The position numbers and the translations under genes were made by a program. A stretch of 64,000 nucleotides of DNA from Fimbriimonadales bacterium (GTDB lineage: Bacteria; Armatimonadota; Fimbriimonadia; Fimbriimonadales; ATM1): contig JBPCLO010000051.1 of NCBI GenBank assembly GCA_051003155.1, positions 64,001 through 128,000 on the forward strand, written 5' to 3'. Below are positions 19,961 through 30,289 of this stretch, one piece after another. The notes beneath the pieces were generated by a model. It was not told the origin of the DNA. It saw only the letters and a program-made list of their open reading frames with translations, and did not search any database. Within the stretch, counting starts at the first letter, position 1, and each line of letters starts with the position of its first letter.

Positions 19961-21973
19961 ATGGAAGTGCCGACGAGAACCGAGTTCCTTTTTCAAGGGT
20001 CTTGGCAGAAGGCGCTTTTCTATGTGATCATCGCGATTGCCGTCGGTGTTTTCGCATGGCAGGTGTGGGGACGCGTCCGCCTTTGGCGGCAAGGCAAGCC
20101 GATTTCTTGGAGGCCAGACTACTTCGCAGGAGTCGTTAAATTCGTACTGGGCCAACGAAAGGTGCGAACCTCGCGGCCGAAGAGTGGCGCGCCGATGCAC
20201 CTGATGATTTTTTATGGATTCCTGGCGTTATTTATCGCCACGACGCTTCTGGGGATCAACACGTACTCTCCGTGGAAATTCCACAAAGGCACTTATTATC
20301 TCGTGTACGAGTTCGTGTTCGACATTATGGGCGTCGTACTATTTGCCGGACTAGTTTGGGCGTTACTCAGGCGTCGTTTCGCAAAACCCAAATCGCTCAC
20401 GTCGGCACCGTCCGATTTTTCCGCGCTCTATATTCTGCTGATTCTGACCGTCAGCGGGTTCCTGGTCGAAGGTGCGCGGATGAACGTTAACCCCAAATCA
20501 TTCGATACATCTGCGCCCGTCGGTTTCTGGGTTTCGGGCATGTTGCCACAATTGAATCCAGCGCAGTACCTCAGTATCTGGTGGACCCACGCCTTGCTCG
20601 TCGCGGTCTTTATCGCGATAATTCCTCGCTTACGCATTCGCCACATCGCCTATGCGATATTTTCCGCTGCCGGTCACCAGGCGGACAGAAAAATGGGCGC
20701 GCTTCGGCCGGTCACTATGCAAGAGGTCGAGGAAACCGGGCAGATTGGCGTGAAAGAGCCGAAGGATTATTCACGGTGGCACCTAATGTCGCTCGATGCC
20801 TGCATGGAGTGCGGGCGGTGCACCGAAGTCTGCCCAGCTTGGCTGGTCGGAAAGGTTTTGAACCCGAAAGAGGTCGTGCAGAACATTCGCGGCGCGATGA
20901 AAAACGGGACAACGGTAGCGGCAGCGGTAACCGAGGAAGCACTTTGGCAGTGCACCACGTGCAACGCATGCGTCGAGGCTTGTCCCGTTTTAATCAATCA
21001 GGTCGATTTGATCACGGATGCGCGACGTTACCTGGTAGCCGAAGGACAGGTGCGCGGCACTTCCGGAACAATGCTGCGACAAGTAGCAAGCACGGAAAGC
21101 GCGTGGGGAACTCCTGCTGGAGAGCGCGAAAAATGGATGGAGGGCCAGGAAATTCCTCTCGTTCGCGACTTAGTCAACAAAGGAGCGAAATTCGAAGTTC
21201 TCCTCTGGGTGGGTTGTGCGGGAGCCGTCGACCGTGGCGCGATTAAAACCACGCGCGAATTCGCCGCGTTGCTCAAAAAGGCATCCGTGAGATTTGGCTG
21301 TCTGGGGAAAGAGGAAAGATGTACGGGCGACCCGGCGAGGCGAACGGGCGACGAATTCTTGTTCCAGCAGATGGCTGAGCAAAACGTTGCGACATTCGAG
21401 CAGTACGGGGTGAAAACAATCGTCACCGCCTGCCCACACTGTTTCAATACAATCAAGAACGAGTATTCGTTTTTTGGTGGGAATTACGAAGTCATGCACC
21501 ATTCGCAATTTCTCTCAACATTGATCGCAGACGGCAAACTCAACGCTCCCTCGCTCGAGGACGGTTCGGTCACGCTCCATGACCCCTGCTATTTGGCGCG
21601 GATCAACAACGAAGCCGACGCGCCTCGCCATGCCCTCGGCGTTCCGTCGAATTCAAACGACCATCAAACCCCGGTAGGTCGTTGGCTGAACGAGGCCGGC
21701 GAAAGAGGCAACAAGCTCGCGGAGCCGGAAAGAAGCGCCCAAAAGACCCTGTGCTGCGGCGCCGGCGGGGGCCGCATGTGGATGGAGGAGGACATCAACC
21801 AGCGCCCCGGCGACAACCGCGCACGAGAACTGATTGGTACCGGCGCGAAGACGGTTGCAACGGCATGCCCGTTCTGCCGAATCATGCTCGACGCGAGCTT
21901 GAATAATGTCGCTCCCGATCAGGGGATTAATCTCGTCGATATCGTCGAACTGGTGAAGCAGGCAAATGATTAG
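19961..21973 (+). CDS. Membrane-bound Fe-S oxidoreductase (FadF/HdrD-like with CCG domains)
   Basis: N-terminal TM helices; CMECGRCTEVCP, CTTCNACVEACP; ACPHC, HDPC, CCGAGGG, ACPFC. Confidence 0.9.
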   Translation: MEVPTRTEFLFQGSWQKALFYVIIAIAVGVFAWQVWGRVRLWRQGKPISWRPDYFAGVVKFVLGQRKVRTSRPKSGAPMHLMIFYGFLALFIATTLLGINTYSPWKFHKGTYYLVYEFVFDIMGVVLFAGLVWALLRRRFAKPKSLTSAPSDFSALYILLILTVSGFLVEGARMNVNPKSFDTSAPVGFWVSGMLPQLNPAQYLSIWWTHALLVAVFIAIIPRLRIRHIAYAIFSAAGHQADRKMGALRPVTMQEVEETGQIGVKEPKDYSRWHLMSLDACMECGRCTEVCPAWLVGKVLNPKEVVQNIRGAMKNGTTVAAAVTEEALWQCTTCNACVEACPVLINQVDLITDARRYLVAEGQVRGTSGTMLRQVASTESAWGTPAGEREKWMEGQEIPLVRDLVNKGAKFEVLLWVGCAGAVDRGAIKTTREFAALLKKASVRFGCLGKEERCTGDPARRTGDEFLFQQMAEQNVATFEQYGVKTIVTACPHCFNTIKNEYSFFGGNYEVMHHSQFLSTLIADGKLNAPSLEDGSVTLHDPCYLARINNEADAPRHALGVPSNSNDHQTPVGRWLNEAGERGNKLAEPERSAQKTLCCGAGGGRMWMEEDINQRPGDNRARELIGTGAKTVATACPFCRIMLDASLNNVAPDQGINLVDIVELVKQAND

Positions 21974-22295
21974 GGGTTTGGGAATCGACGTGATCGAGGT
22001 CAGTCGGATCGATGAGGCAATGCAAAACCCACGCTTCCTCGAGCGGATTCTGACTCCGTACGAACGCAAAGAGGGACTAAATGCCCAATCCGCCGCGGGA
22101 CGGTGGGCTGCAAAAGAGGCGATCGCGAAAGCAGTTGGAACCCACCTGAAGTGGCAGGATGTAGAGGTTCACAAGAATGGAGAAGGCGTTCCCCAACCCC
22201 GAATCCTCCCCGACGGCGTGCAGGGCAAGGTCCATCTGTCGATATCGCACGAGCGCGGCATCGCGGCAGCCGTCGCGATCTGGGAGTCGGACTAG
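21966..22295 (+). CDS. acpS: Holo-ACP synthase
   Basis: GLGIDVIE, GRWAAKEA, LSISH. Confidence 0.93.
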   Translation: MIRGLGIDVIEVSRIDEAMQNPRFLERILTPYERKEGLNAQSAAGRWAAKEAIAKAVGTHLKWQDVEVHKNGEGVPQPRILPDGVQGKVHLSISHERGIAAAVAIWESD

Positions 22296-22898
22296 ATGAA
22301 CCTTGCCGTCCTTGTCGGATCGAAGGGCCGCGGCTCGAACATGAGGGCGCTGCTAACGGCATGCAAGAGCGGCCGGATTCCCGCAGCCGGAGCCTTGGTC
22401 ATCGCTCCGTCGGAGGAGATCCCTGCAGTGGGCATTGCACACGCATTAAATGCTGATGTCGCGCTCATTCATCCGGCCGATTCACATTTCGGCGAGGATT
22501 TACTCGCGATTTTGGATGCGGAGAACATCGACCTTTTGTGTTTGGCCGGATATATGCGGCTTCTGCCCGACCGTGTCGTGCGAAATCTGGAAGGAAGGAT
22601 TCTGAATATCCACCCCGCATTGCTACCGAAATATGGCGGCAAAGGAATGTATGGAATGCGCGTTCATCAGGCGGTAATCGACGCGGGCGATAGGGAATCG
22701 GGATGCTCCGTGCATTACGTCACGGAGAAATACGACGAAGGAGACGTGCTCTTGCAAAAGAAATGCCCGGTCGAACCGGAGGATACAGCGGACACTTTGG
22801 CCGCGCGGGTTCTCGCGATCGAGCACCAATGTTACGTCGAAGCCGTGCGAAAATGGATTCGCGAGCACCGCTATGCGGGTCGAAATGCGTCCTTGTGA
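22296..22898 (+). CDS. purN: Phosphoribosylglycinamide formyltransferase
   Basis: GSN, LAGYM, LNIHPALLP, GCSVH, YDEG. Confidence 0.93.
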   Translation: MNLAVLVGSKGRGSNMRALLTACKSGRIPAAGALVIAPSEEIPAVGIAHALNADVALIHPADSHFGEDLLAILDAENIDLLCLAGYMRLLPDRVVRNLEGRILNIHPALLPKYGGKGMYGMRVHQAVIDAGDRESGCSVHYVTEKYDEGDVLLQKKCPVEPEDTADTLAARVLAIEHQCYVEAVRKWIREHRYAGRNASL

Positions 22899-23221
22899 TG
22901 CCTCAGTTCTTCGCCCTCGACCGCGATGACGTCGAAACGCGCCGGTGCCGCTTTGCCCACTACTTCGCACAAATAATAATCGGCAGCTTGCCATAATCGC
23001 CGTTGCTTGGCCGGCGTAACCGTTTGCTCCGGAATATCCCAACCGCCAGGCTTTCGCTGCTTTACTTCGACAAAAACTAGGTTGTCGCCGTCCATTGCGA
23101 TAATATCGACCTCGGCTTGCGGCGCGTGGTAATTTCGGGTCACGAGCGTGTATCCGAGCCCTTCCAAGAATATGGCCGCCGCATCTTCGGCGTCGGCGCC
23201 CATTCTCAGATTTCGAGGCAT
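22871..23221 (-). CDS. yraN: YraN (UPF0102) family protein
   Basis: GADAEDAA, RNY, EVDII, VFVEVK, RFDV. Confidence 0.9.
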   Translation of the reverse strand: MPRNLRMGADAEDAAAIFLEGLGYTLVTRNYHAPQAEVDIIAMDGDNLVFVEVKQRKPGGWDIPEQTVTPAKQRRLWQAADYYLCEVVGKAAPARFDVIAVEGEELRHHKDAFRPA

Positions 23222-23787
23222 GGCTGCATGAGTTTCCTTATCGGAGCAAAGCTGCGCCGGTGCAGCTGGCACGGGCCATATTTGTCTAGTGCGCGGAAGT
23301 GCTCGGGGGTCGAATATCCGAAATGGTGATCAAAACCATATTGCGGATAAAGAACGGAGAAATCCCTCATTAATTGGTCGCGATAGGTCTTGGCCAAAAT
23401 GCTCGCGGCCGCTATTTGCGCATATTTCTGATCGCCTCTTATGATGCACTGTCCAGGAAATGGCAGGTCGCGCACGGGCTGATTGCCGTCGATCAATGCG
23501 CCGAGCGGCGATTTGCCCAAACCGATGAGAGCTCTCTGCATCGCGAGAAGAGAGGCCTGTAGGATGTTGATCCGGTCGATCTCGGCGACGTCGGAAACCA
23601 CTACGCAATAACACGCGCGGTCCCTAATTCGCACGGCGGCCTCTTCTCTGTCAGTTGGCGTCATCAACTTGGAGTCGTTTATTCCCGACGTGTCGAACCT
23701 ACGTGGCAGGATCACGGCTGCGGCCACAACCGGACCCGCGAGGGGTCCGCGCCCCGCTTCGTCCGCTCCTGCCCACGAAACACGCAT
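23206..23787 (-). CDS. rnhB: Ribonuclease HII
   Basis: GADEAGRGPLAGPV, DSK, AAASILAK, HRRSF. Confidence 0.96.
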   Translation of the reverse strand: MRVSWAGADEAGRGPLAGPVVAAAVILPRRFDTSGINDSKLMTPTDREEAAVRIRDRACYCVVVSDVAEIDRINILQASLLAMQRALIGLGKSPLGALIDGNQPVRDLPFPGQCIIRGDQKYAQIAAASILAKTYRDQLMRDFSVLYPQYGFDHHFGYSTPEHFRALDKYGPCQLHRRSFAPIRKLMQPCLEI

Positions 23788-23788
23788 C

Positions 23789-24466
23789 CTAAGCTTTCGC
23801 GTCAAGCTCAAGCCCCTCCCGCATCTTGAATGTCATTCCAAAGACCTTGGTAAAAGACGCGACAACGGCGGGCATGGCGTCTTGAATCGACACGTCGCGG
23901 CCAGTTTCGCGGGACAACGATGTAACCCCGTAGCCCGTTATGCCGCACGGAATGATCAGGTCGAACGGCGTCAGGTCATTGTTGCAGTTCAAAGCAACCC
24001 CATGGAGCGAAATCCAGCGCGAAACCTTGATGCCGATCGCGGCGATCTTGCGATTGCTGCTCCAAACGCCCGTGTGTGGTGGAAAGCGGTACCCCTCCAA
24101 GCCGAACTCACCGACCGACTGGATAACGGCCTCCTCCAGATCACGGAGCCATTTGTGCAGGTCGCTGCCGTGGGCTCGCAAATTGAAAATCGGATAGATG
24201 ACAAGCTGCTTCGGCCCGTGATAAGTGACGTCGCCTCCACGGTCGGTCTGCACCAGTTCGATTCCCCTCTCCGCATACGCCGCTTTAGACAAGAGCAAAT
24301 TGGCAGGGTCGAACGGGGAGCCGTGCGTGAGGACAGGGTCGTGCTCGACGAAAAGTAGCGTATCGGGAAGCTCGTCCGCCGCCCTTCTCGCCCAAACCTC
24401 TCTTTGCAGGTCCCAGCATTGGCGGTACTCCATCCTTCCCAAATCGACGCAGATGCCTTCGCCCAC
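23789..24466 (-). CDS. lipB: Octanoyltransferase
   Basis: EHDPV, RGGDVTYHGP, KIAAIG, HGVALN, IPCG. Confidence 0.95.
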   Translation of the reverse strand: MGEGICVDLGRMEYRQCWDLQREVWARRAADELPDTLLFVEHDPVLTHGSPFDPANLLLSKAAYAERGIELVQTDRGGDVTYHGPKQLVIYPIFNLRAHGSDLHKWLRDLEEAVIQSVGEFGLEGYRFPPHTGVWSSNRKIAAIGIKVSRWISLHGVALNCNNDLTPFDLIIPCGITGYGVTSLSRETGRDVSIQDAMPAVVASFTKVFGMTFKMREGLELDAKA

Positions 24467-24733
24467 GGGTTAAGAATACTGTGAAGCCGGATGCGGAAAC
24501 CGGTCGGATTTTGGAGCTGGCGCCCGCCGCTGGCGAGGCTCAGTCCGGATCGGGACGTCACTCAGGCGCAGCTCCCCCACCCATAGGTCATCGACAGGAG
24601 CGCCTGTGAACCAACACGATTGCAGCGGCCTCTTGGGCACCGCATATTCGCACTCTTTGCAACCTGAAGTTGAAAGCTCACGCCAATAGAAGACATCTTG
24701 TTCAGAAACGGTAATGGGTATAAACCGAGCCAG

Positions 24734-25717
24734 GTGAAAGCGCTCAAGCCGAAAGTTTGGAGTGTCTGGTCGCCGGTGATTGCGGCGATATTAGGAATCC
24801 TTGGGGTCTGGCTGACCGTGAACGTCGCACGCGACTACGGTGTTTTGGCGTTCATCCTCATTCCCTTCGCCGTAGGATTTGCATGCTCTGGTCTTTTGCG
24901 CATGGAGGGCCCGCAGAAGTTCGCACGCTGCTTTTGGTCGTCGTCGGTATCCCTTGCCCTTACTGCTGTCGGCCTCCTATTGGTCCCTTTGGAAGGCTTG
25001 GCATGCCTGATTATGGCGTTTCCGCTGGCCTACCTTCCGCTTCTAATCGGAGCCGCGTTCGGCCACCTTTTGTTCCACCAAGGCAACAGCACATCCGGAA
25101 GAATTGTCTCGATCCTATTCTTAGGAGCTGCTTGCACCTGGGCTGCGCTGGACTACAAAGGTCCGGGTGCCGTCGCTGAGGTGCGAACGTCGATCATAGT
25201 CGACGCAAGTCCTGAAGATGTATGGGTCGCGGTGACTCAGTTGAGCATTCTTCCGGAGCCCAAAGATTGGTTCCTGCGCTCCGGGATCGCTTGTCCTAAA
25301 AGCGCTTATATCGACGGCTCGGGCGTAGGGGCAACGAGGGTTTGCGTGCTCTCGACAGGGACTATGCCGGAGCGAATTACAGTATGGGAGCCTGGTCGCG
25401 CATTGGGATTCGTGGCGCTTGCGACCCCACCGCCATTGAAAGAAATCAATCCGTTCTTCGAATTCGACCCGCCGCACCAGCATGGATACTACAAGGTGCT
25501 CTACGGTGAGTTTCGAATTGAAGCTTTGACTGGCGGACGCTCCCGGTTGACGAGAGTTACGCGGTACGAAAGCAGAATCCGGCCTGCGTTCTACTGGAAC
25601 TGGTGGTGTAACTTCGCCGCAGAGCGAGCGCATCGGTACGTGCTCGAAGCAGTACGCGCAAAGGTTGATAAGAGCGGACGCACGGCAATGGCGGAGGTGC
25701 CTGTCGTGAATGAATGA
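24734..25717 (+). CDS. Membrane protein with SRPBCC/START-like domain
   Basis: N-terminal TM helices (EGLACLIMA); VRTSIIVDASPEDVW, ITVWEPG. Confidence 0.75.
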   Translation: MKALKPKVWSVWSPVIAAILGILGVWLTVNVARDYGVLAFILIPFAVGFACSGLLRMEGPQKFARCFWSSSVSLALTAVGLLLVPLEGLACLIMAFPLAYLPLLIGAAFGHLLFHQGNSTSGRIVSILFLGAACTWAALDYKGPGAVAEVRTSIIVDASPEDVWVAVTQLSILPEPKDWFLRSGIACPKSAYIDGSGVGATRVCVLSTGTMPERITVWEPGRALGFVALATPPPLKEINPFFEFDPPHQHGYYKVLYGEFRIEALTGGRSRLTRVTRYESRIRPAFYWNWWCNFAAERAHRYVLEAVRAKVDKSGRTAMAEVPVVNE

Positions 25718-26183
25718 AAATCATAGATCAGCATTTTTCTATCCGCTTCCTTGGCGCCTGGCCTCGTTAATGCCTCTTGGTGGAGCACTCATGGCGCTGA
25801 TTCTAGCTATTGTTGACGCTCTCCAGATCGTATCGGGACGTGGCCTACTCGCCGAGAACATATTCACACTAGCCTGCTGGCTGGGTCTTTTCGCGTTATC
25901 ATGGGCGCTATGGCGCCGCTGGGTTCATACCTGGAGCATGTTAGCTTTCGATAATGGGATCCTGACTGAAAGCACTCCCAGCGGTCGACAGTCAATAATC
26001 GAAGATGGTCGGCCCGTCATCGTGAAAAGTGACTTCATGCGACAGACAACAAGCCCTCCGTCTGGTTGGACGACTTTGGTTCAAGAATCTGAAATCGTTG
26101 TATTAAATTTAGACGCTGTCGGTTTCGACAAGCTTCCTAGCTGGATAACGTCGGCCATTTCCGAATCATTCACGGCACGGTGA
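25710..26183 (+). CDS. Hypothetical membrane protein
   Basis: Two hydrophobic helices; overlaps the upstream stop codon. Confidence 0.5.
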   Translation: MNENHRSAFFYPLPWRLASLMPLGGALMALILAIVDALQIVSGRGLLAENIFTLACWLGLFALSWALWRRWVHTWSMLAFDNGILTESTPSGRQSIIEDGRPVIVKSDFMRQTTSPPSGWTTLVQESEIVVLNLDAVGFDKLPSWITSAISESFTAR

Positions 26184-26590
26184 TGAACCTAGTGATTCAT
26201 GGCAACCGTGCTTTCACAGCTCTGCAAAGGAGACGGTCGAAAAAACTATTAGCATCGCGCATGACTGAGCGCGGGCGAGCGGTTGGACAGGGTGGGCGCC
26301 TCGCGATTGAACTAAAGCTTGTTTATCGACGAAACTGTGGCCGGCCACGCGGAAAAGCCGCGGCAAGGAGTGCTGAGCGTAATTTCCGCGGATCACGAGC
26401 CTGCCAACCAGCTAAAGGAGCGAACCACGATCATATGCAGGTGATCCTCAGGACCGTACTTTGCCCAGCAAAGCCAGGTTTGCCCCACCCGCGACCGTGC
26501 TGAAGATAGCGACCTGGTCGAGACACCCCACCCCTTGCTTCTCGAAAAGCTGGCCGAGGAAACCGACTCCCTGTCGAAGTGCATTCGAAG

Positions 26591-27046
26591 CTAAGCGATT
26601 GGCGTGTAGATTTCCGTGCGAACTTCCGCTTCGGGCTTCGAGCCTGGGTCGTCGACGTAGACTTCGAACGGCGCGCCTCCGACTTTATAGCCCTGATCGT
26701 TGAACCAGGCGAAGAGCTTTTGATAGCTGTCCTGGAGCCCGTCGTATGAGCCCATATGAGTAGCATGGACAGCTTTGCACCCGTCGAGGGTTCCTGAAAC
26801 GATCTCGCCGTTGCCCGGCAAGGGGATCCACGTGGTAACGCCGCCTTCGACCGTGCAATCCGTCTCGCCCCAGTCGGGATATCGGCCGAAGGGAGGCGCC
26901 CCGGGCTGCCCCTGCTCGGTAATGTATTGGAAGACCTTCGGCAAAAGCTCCATGTAAAATTCGCCGAGCTGGTTCTGCGAAATCGTCCTGCGGATGAACA
27001 CGCACGGTTGCTCCGGAACGTCGACGATTTCGTATACACCGCTCAT
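26591..27046 (-). CDS. GyrI-like small-molecule-binding protein
   Basis: HMGSYDGL...Y, FEVYVDDP, RTEIYTPI. Confidence 0.88.
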   Translation of the reverse strand: MSGVYEIVDVPEQPCVFIRRTISQNQLGEFYMELLPKVFQYITEQGQPGAPPFGRYPDWGETDCTVEGGVTTWIPLPGNGEIVSGTLDGCKAVHATHMGSYDGLQDSYQKLFAWFNDQGYKVGGAPFEVYVDDPGSKPEAEVRTEIYTPIA

Positions 27047-27067
27047 GCGCCGAGGATACTCAAGAAA

Positions 27068-27143
27068 TGGCGCGCCCGAAGGGATTCGAACCCCCGACTT
27101 CCTCCTCCGGAGGGAGGCGCTCTATCCGCTGAGCTACGGGCGC
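27068..27143 (-). tRNA. tRNA-Arg(CCG)
   Basis: GCGCCCGTAGCTCAG...CCTCC-CTCCGGA-GGAGG...GGTTCGAATCC...CGGGCGCGCCA. Confidence 0.97.
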
Positions 27144-27184
27144 GCGCGGCTCCAATTATGACAGCCTGGGCGTAAGATATATGT

Positions 27185-27391
27185 ATGTCACACGAACGCA
27201 AGAAAGACGGCAAACGCAAAGACAAGAAAGTGGCCAAGATGAGAGAAGGCGAAGAAATCAGGCACGAAAACGCTCAGGAAAAGAAGCCGTCCACCGATGA
27301 GAAGGACATCATCACTTATAAGCCAGGGCGAACAGGCGACCACAACGTCGATCCCCAGGTGATAGCGAATCGAGGCAAGGGGCCTAAGTAG
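27185..27391 (+). CDS. Small charged hypothetical protein
   Basis: 68-aa ORF; TAAGAT 6 nt upstream of ATG. Confidence 0.55.
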   Translation: MSHERKKDGKRKDKKVAKMREGEEIRHENAQEKKPSTDEKDIITYKPGRTGDHNVDPQVIANRGKGPK

Positions 27392-27980
27392 TCCCGGGCG
27401 GTCCGCTCAGCCCCGAAACAACGTTCCTAAGGAACGCGATTAGCTTGGGGATTATGATGATCGAAGCGATGACCGCGATGACGACGAGGCCAATCAGAAT
27501 CGCCGGACAGTAAGCAGCGAGCGCGATCGCGCCGACCGCGACGCCGTCCTCCATCAGGCTCGCCGTGATGTTCGAAAACGGCTCCGGGCTCGTGTTGATC
27601 GCCGCTCGTGTCATGGATTTCGTGCCGTGCGAACTCGCCGCAATTCCGCCGCCCAAGAGGAACGCGATTCCTTGCACGACGGCATCGTAATTTCCGAATG
27701 CTGCCAGAGCCAGGGCCGCCCCGGCCGGAATGCGGATGAACGTGTGAACCGTATCCCACAAGCTGTCGATCAACGGAAGCTTGTCGGCGAGAAACTCGAT
27801 CACGAAGAGAATCGATGCGGCGCCAATGACCCACCAGCTGGTCAAGAACTCGAGACTTCCAGGCAGTTGCAACTGGCCGAACCTACTCAGAAGCCCGAGC
27901 ATTGCGACACCCGCGTAGAGCTTGATGCCCGACACCCAAGAGGCGCCCATAGCTACCGCCAGCGTGTGCTCAAAGCCCAT
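27384..27980 (-). CDS. DUF4126 family membrane protein
   Basis: SGIKLY, EFLADK, WDTVHTFIRIPAGA, SPEPFSN, ED. Confidence 0.88.
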   Translation of the reverse strand: MGFEHTLAVAMGASWVSGIKLYAGVAMLGLLSRFGQLQLPGSLEFLTSWWVIGAASILFVIEFLADKLPLIDSLWDTVHTFIRIPAGAALALAAFGNYDAVVQGIAFLLGGGIAASSHGTKSMTRAAINTSPEPFSNITASLMEDGVAVGAIALAAYCPAILIGLVVIAVIASIIIIPKLIAFLRNVVSGLSGPPGTT

Positions 27981-28089
27981 CTCAACGTTAACGACGTGGC
28001 TCTCACGCAGGTTGCCGAGGAATTTTTATCCGACACCGTATCGAACCCATCGAATAGCGTAGTTGTAAGAAGATGTAGCGTCAGCGTCG

Positions 28090-28788
28090 TTAGAGGCTTG
28101 GCCAGCAACCCCCGAAGACGTTTGTAGTCCGCTTGAAGCGCGATCGCACGGCTAGCACGCCCGCAGCCAGGGCTCTGGCCATGATGCGCCTGTTGCGATT
28201 TTGGGCCATCCAATTTGCGTCGTTCTTGCTCGTGAGAAAGGCCATTTCGACTAGGATGGACGGCGCCTCGCTGTAGATCGAGCCTGTGAGCGCGCCCTGG
28301 CGAGCGCCGATAAGCGTCTGCTCGTCGCCCCTTAATCCGTTGTTTTTCAAACGGCCCTTTAATCGGGTCGAGAACGCCGCGAAGAAGGCCTTCGCAGCAG
28401 CCGCAGTCTTTCGGAGAATGGTGTTGCTCGGTCCTAGGACGCCGTTCACGACACCCGCCCTGCGCGCATAGTAAACCGTGAAGCCGGACCCGCCGCCCGC
28501 ATCGGCATGGAGACGGAGCATGAGGTCTGCCTTCGCCCGGTTCGCGATCTCGGCCCTTTCGCGATTGGTGACGAACTCCATTTCGCGGCTCTTTGTCAAG
28601 ACAACGCGAACCCCATCGTCGGCGAGTTCTTTCTTGAGAAGATTGGCTATCTCCCACACGACGGCGACCTCGCGGAGCCCGTTGACTATCGCGTTTCCGC
28701 TGCTATTTTCACTCGGATGCCCGGGATCGATGCAAAGGATGAAGGCCGGCGCGGCGAGTACGGTGTAGAGGAGGAGCGTAAGCGGCAC
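28090..28788 (-). CDS. N-acetylmuramoyl-L-alanine amidase (Amidase_3)
   Basis: CIDPGH, E, LTK, RAEIAN, LHAD, ILVEMAFLT; GTG start is inferred. Confidence 0.88.
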   Translation of the reverse strand: MPLTLLLYTVLAAPAFILCIDPGHPSENSSGNAIVNGLREVAVVWEIANLLKKELADDGVRVVLTKSREMEFVTNRERAEIANRAKADLMLRLHADAGGGSGFTVYYARRAGVVNGVLGPSNTILRKTAAAAKAFFAAFSTRLKGRLKNNGLRGDEQTLIGARQGALTGSIYSEAPSILVEMAFLTSKNDANWMAQNRNRRIMARALAAGVLAVRSRFKRTTNVFGGCWPSL

Positions 28789-28799
28789 GGCGTTAAAAG

Positions 28800-28874
28800 T
28801 GGAGCGGGCGACGGGGGTCGAACCCGCGACATTCTGCTTGGGAAGCAGATGCTCTACCACTGAGCTACACCCGC
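28800..28874 (-). tRNA. tRNA-Gly(CCC), island integration site
   Basis: GCGGGTGTAGCTCAGTGGTAGAGCA-TCTGC-TTCCCAA-GCAGA...GGTTCGACCCC...CGCCCGC-T-CCA. Confidence 0.97.
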
Positions 28875-28885
28875 TCGAATTGAAC

Positions 28886-29882
28886 CTACGCTTCTGTTCC
28901 GGTTTGTACGCCCACTGTACGCCCATCACTGAGTAGACAGTCGTGCCACTTTTGGAGCCATTCGCGCATCGTCTCCGATGTTACCCGGACGTAAATGTCG
29001 GTCACCGAGCGCGGACGGTGCCCGAGAAGGGCTGCCGTTACTGCGCGTGGGCATCCAATGGATTCGATCCCCGTTGCGAAGGCGTGGCGCATGGTGTGGA
29101 GCGTGACGCCGGCGGGCAGCACAAGCGGCAGGTAGCGGGTCAGCGTGGCGCGGCTGACCTCCGGGGCGTCCTCGAGCGCGTGGCCCCAATGGGCGCTAAC
29201 CGGCAGGACGCGCCGCGACGATAGAGTTTTGAGCGGGGCCTTATGGCCCGACTCGTTCAGCTGGTGTTCGACGTGGACGGCGTCAGGGGCGATCCTGCAC
29301 GCCATGAGCTCGCCGCGCCTCAGCCCCAGCGTGGCCGCAAGGTAGACGGCGCGGTATACGGCGCTGCCCTGCGCGGCTTCGATGATGGAGCGCAGTTCGG
29401 GTATCCCCAGGAGGCTCTATGGGCTGGACGCGCACAGGGGGCAGCCTGACGGCCTTTATCGGGTTCTTTGAAATGATCTCGTCGACTTCGGCGAGTGCGA
29501 ATACGGCATGAAGCACTTTGCGCAGGTGCCCGACGCTCGAGTGGGACAGTTCGGAGAGCTTCTGCGTGAGGAACGATTGGAGAATATGCCGGTCGATGGA
29601 GGCGATGCGCAGCTTGCCGAATCTGGGGGTTAGGTGCTTATCGAGCGCCCAGGCGACTTGCTGCCGCCATTTTTGAGAATGCTGGATCAGCGTCGGCGCG
29701 TAGACGAGGAGGGCGAACTGTTCAAACGTCGGGGTTTTCGACGAGTTCCAGTTTTGGCCCGTTGCTGCGTCGGCCAGTAGCTCGGCGGCGCTTTCGGTCT
29801 GGGCATAAAAGCTCTTTCGCAGTCCGCCCGGCAGCCGTCTCCTCGCCTCCCAAAGATTCCTCTCTTTCTTGTAGGTAGCCAC
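28886..29882 (-). pseudogene. Tyrosine recombinase/integrase split by one extra C near 29411
   Basis: Removing one base from GAGCCTCCTGGGG joins ...NPIKAVRLP...IEPLGIPEL...TLGLRRGEL to PLKT, HTMRH, LLGH, IY (R-K-HxxR-H-Y catalytic set). Confidence 0.85.
28905..28925. repeat. Tandem 10-bp direct repeats, probable integrase arm-type sites
   Basis: TGTACGCCCA at 28905-28914 and 28916-28925; related TGTGCGCCCG (31328) and inverted TGGGCGTACG (31342) near the other end. Confidence 0.65.
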
Positions 29883-30066
29883 GGATGTATTCCGAGTGCA
29901 ACTCTACCCATTCAGCGAGTTTGGCAACGGGGACGCGGCGGGTCCGCGCCCCGATGGTGAGCACGGGGAAGCCGGGCGTACGCATGAGGGCTCGCGCCTG
30001 CTCCGCCGATACCATGAGCATCTCGGCCAAAGCATCGGCGTCGACAGCGAGGGCGTTGGCGGTCAT
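29722..30066 (-). CDS. Excisionase-like HTH protein
   Basis: DALAEMLMVS...ARALM...FPVLTIGARTRRVPVAKLAEWV directly upstream of the integrase; true end uncertain. Confidence 0.7.
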   Translation of the reverse strand: MTANALAVDADALAEMLMVSAEQARALMRTPGFPVLTIGARTRRVPVAKLAEWVELHSEYIRGYLQEREESLGGEETAAGRTAKELLCPDRKRRRATGRRSNGPKLELVENPDV

Positions 30067-30289
30067 TTCGCGGCCAACTCCCTTAGATCGGCGGCGACCT
30101 TTTTGGGGTCAAACTTGAGTCTTTCGATATAGTAGTGTATTCGCGACTCAAGGTCTTTGAACGCCTTCCAAACTGTCTCGCCGGTCACTTTGCCGGCATC
30201 GCTCAAATGGGGAGCCCGTCGGATGGAGTGTTTACGCTGTGAACTTGATCGGTTATATCGAATTGGAAAGCTAAGATAAAGGAGTTCAC

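Noticed and set aside
26184..26590. Short ORFs downstream of the membrane-protein genes
   Set aside because: No motif, RBS or consistent coding signal
28789..28929. ORF-track N-terminus of the amidase running through tRNA-Gly
   Set aside because: It translates the tRNA; the amidase signal peptide starts at 28788
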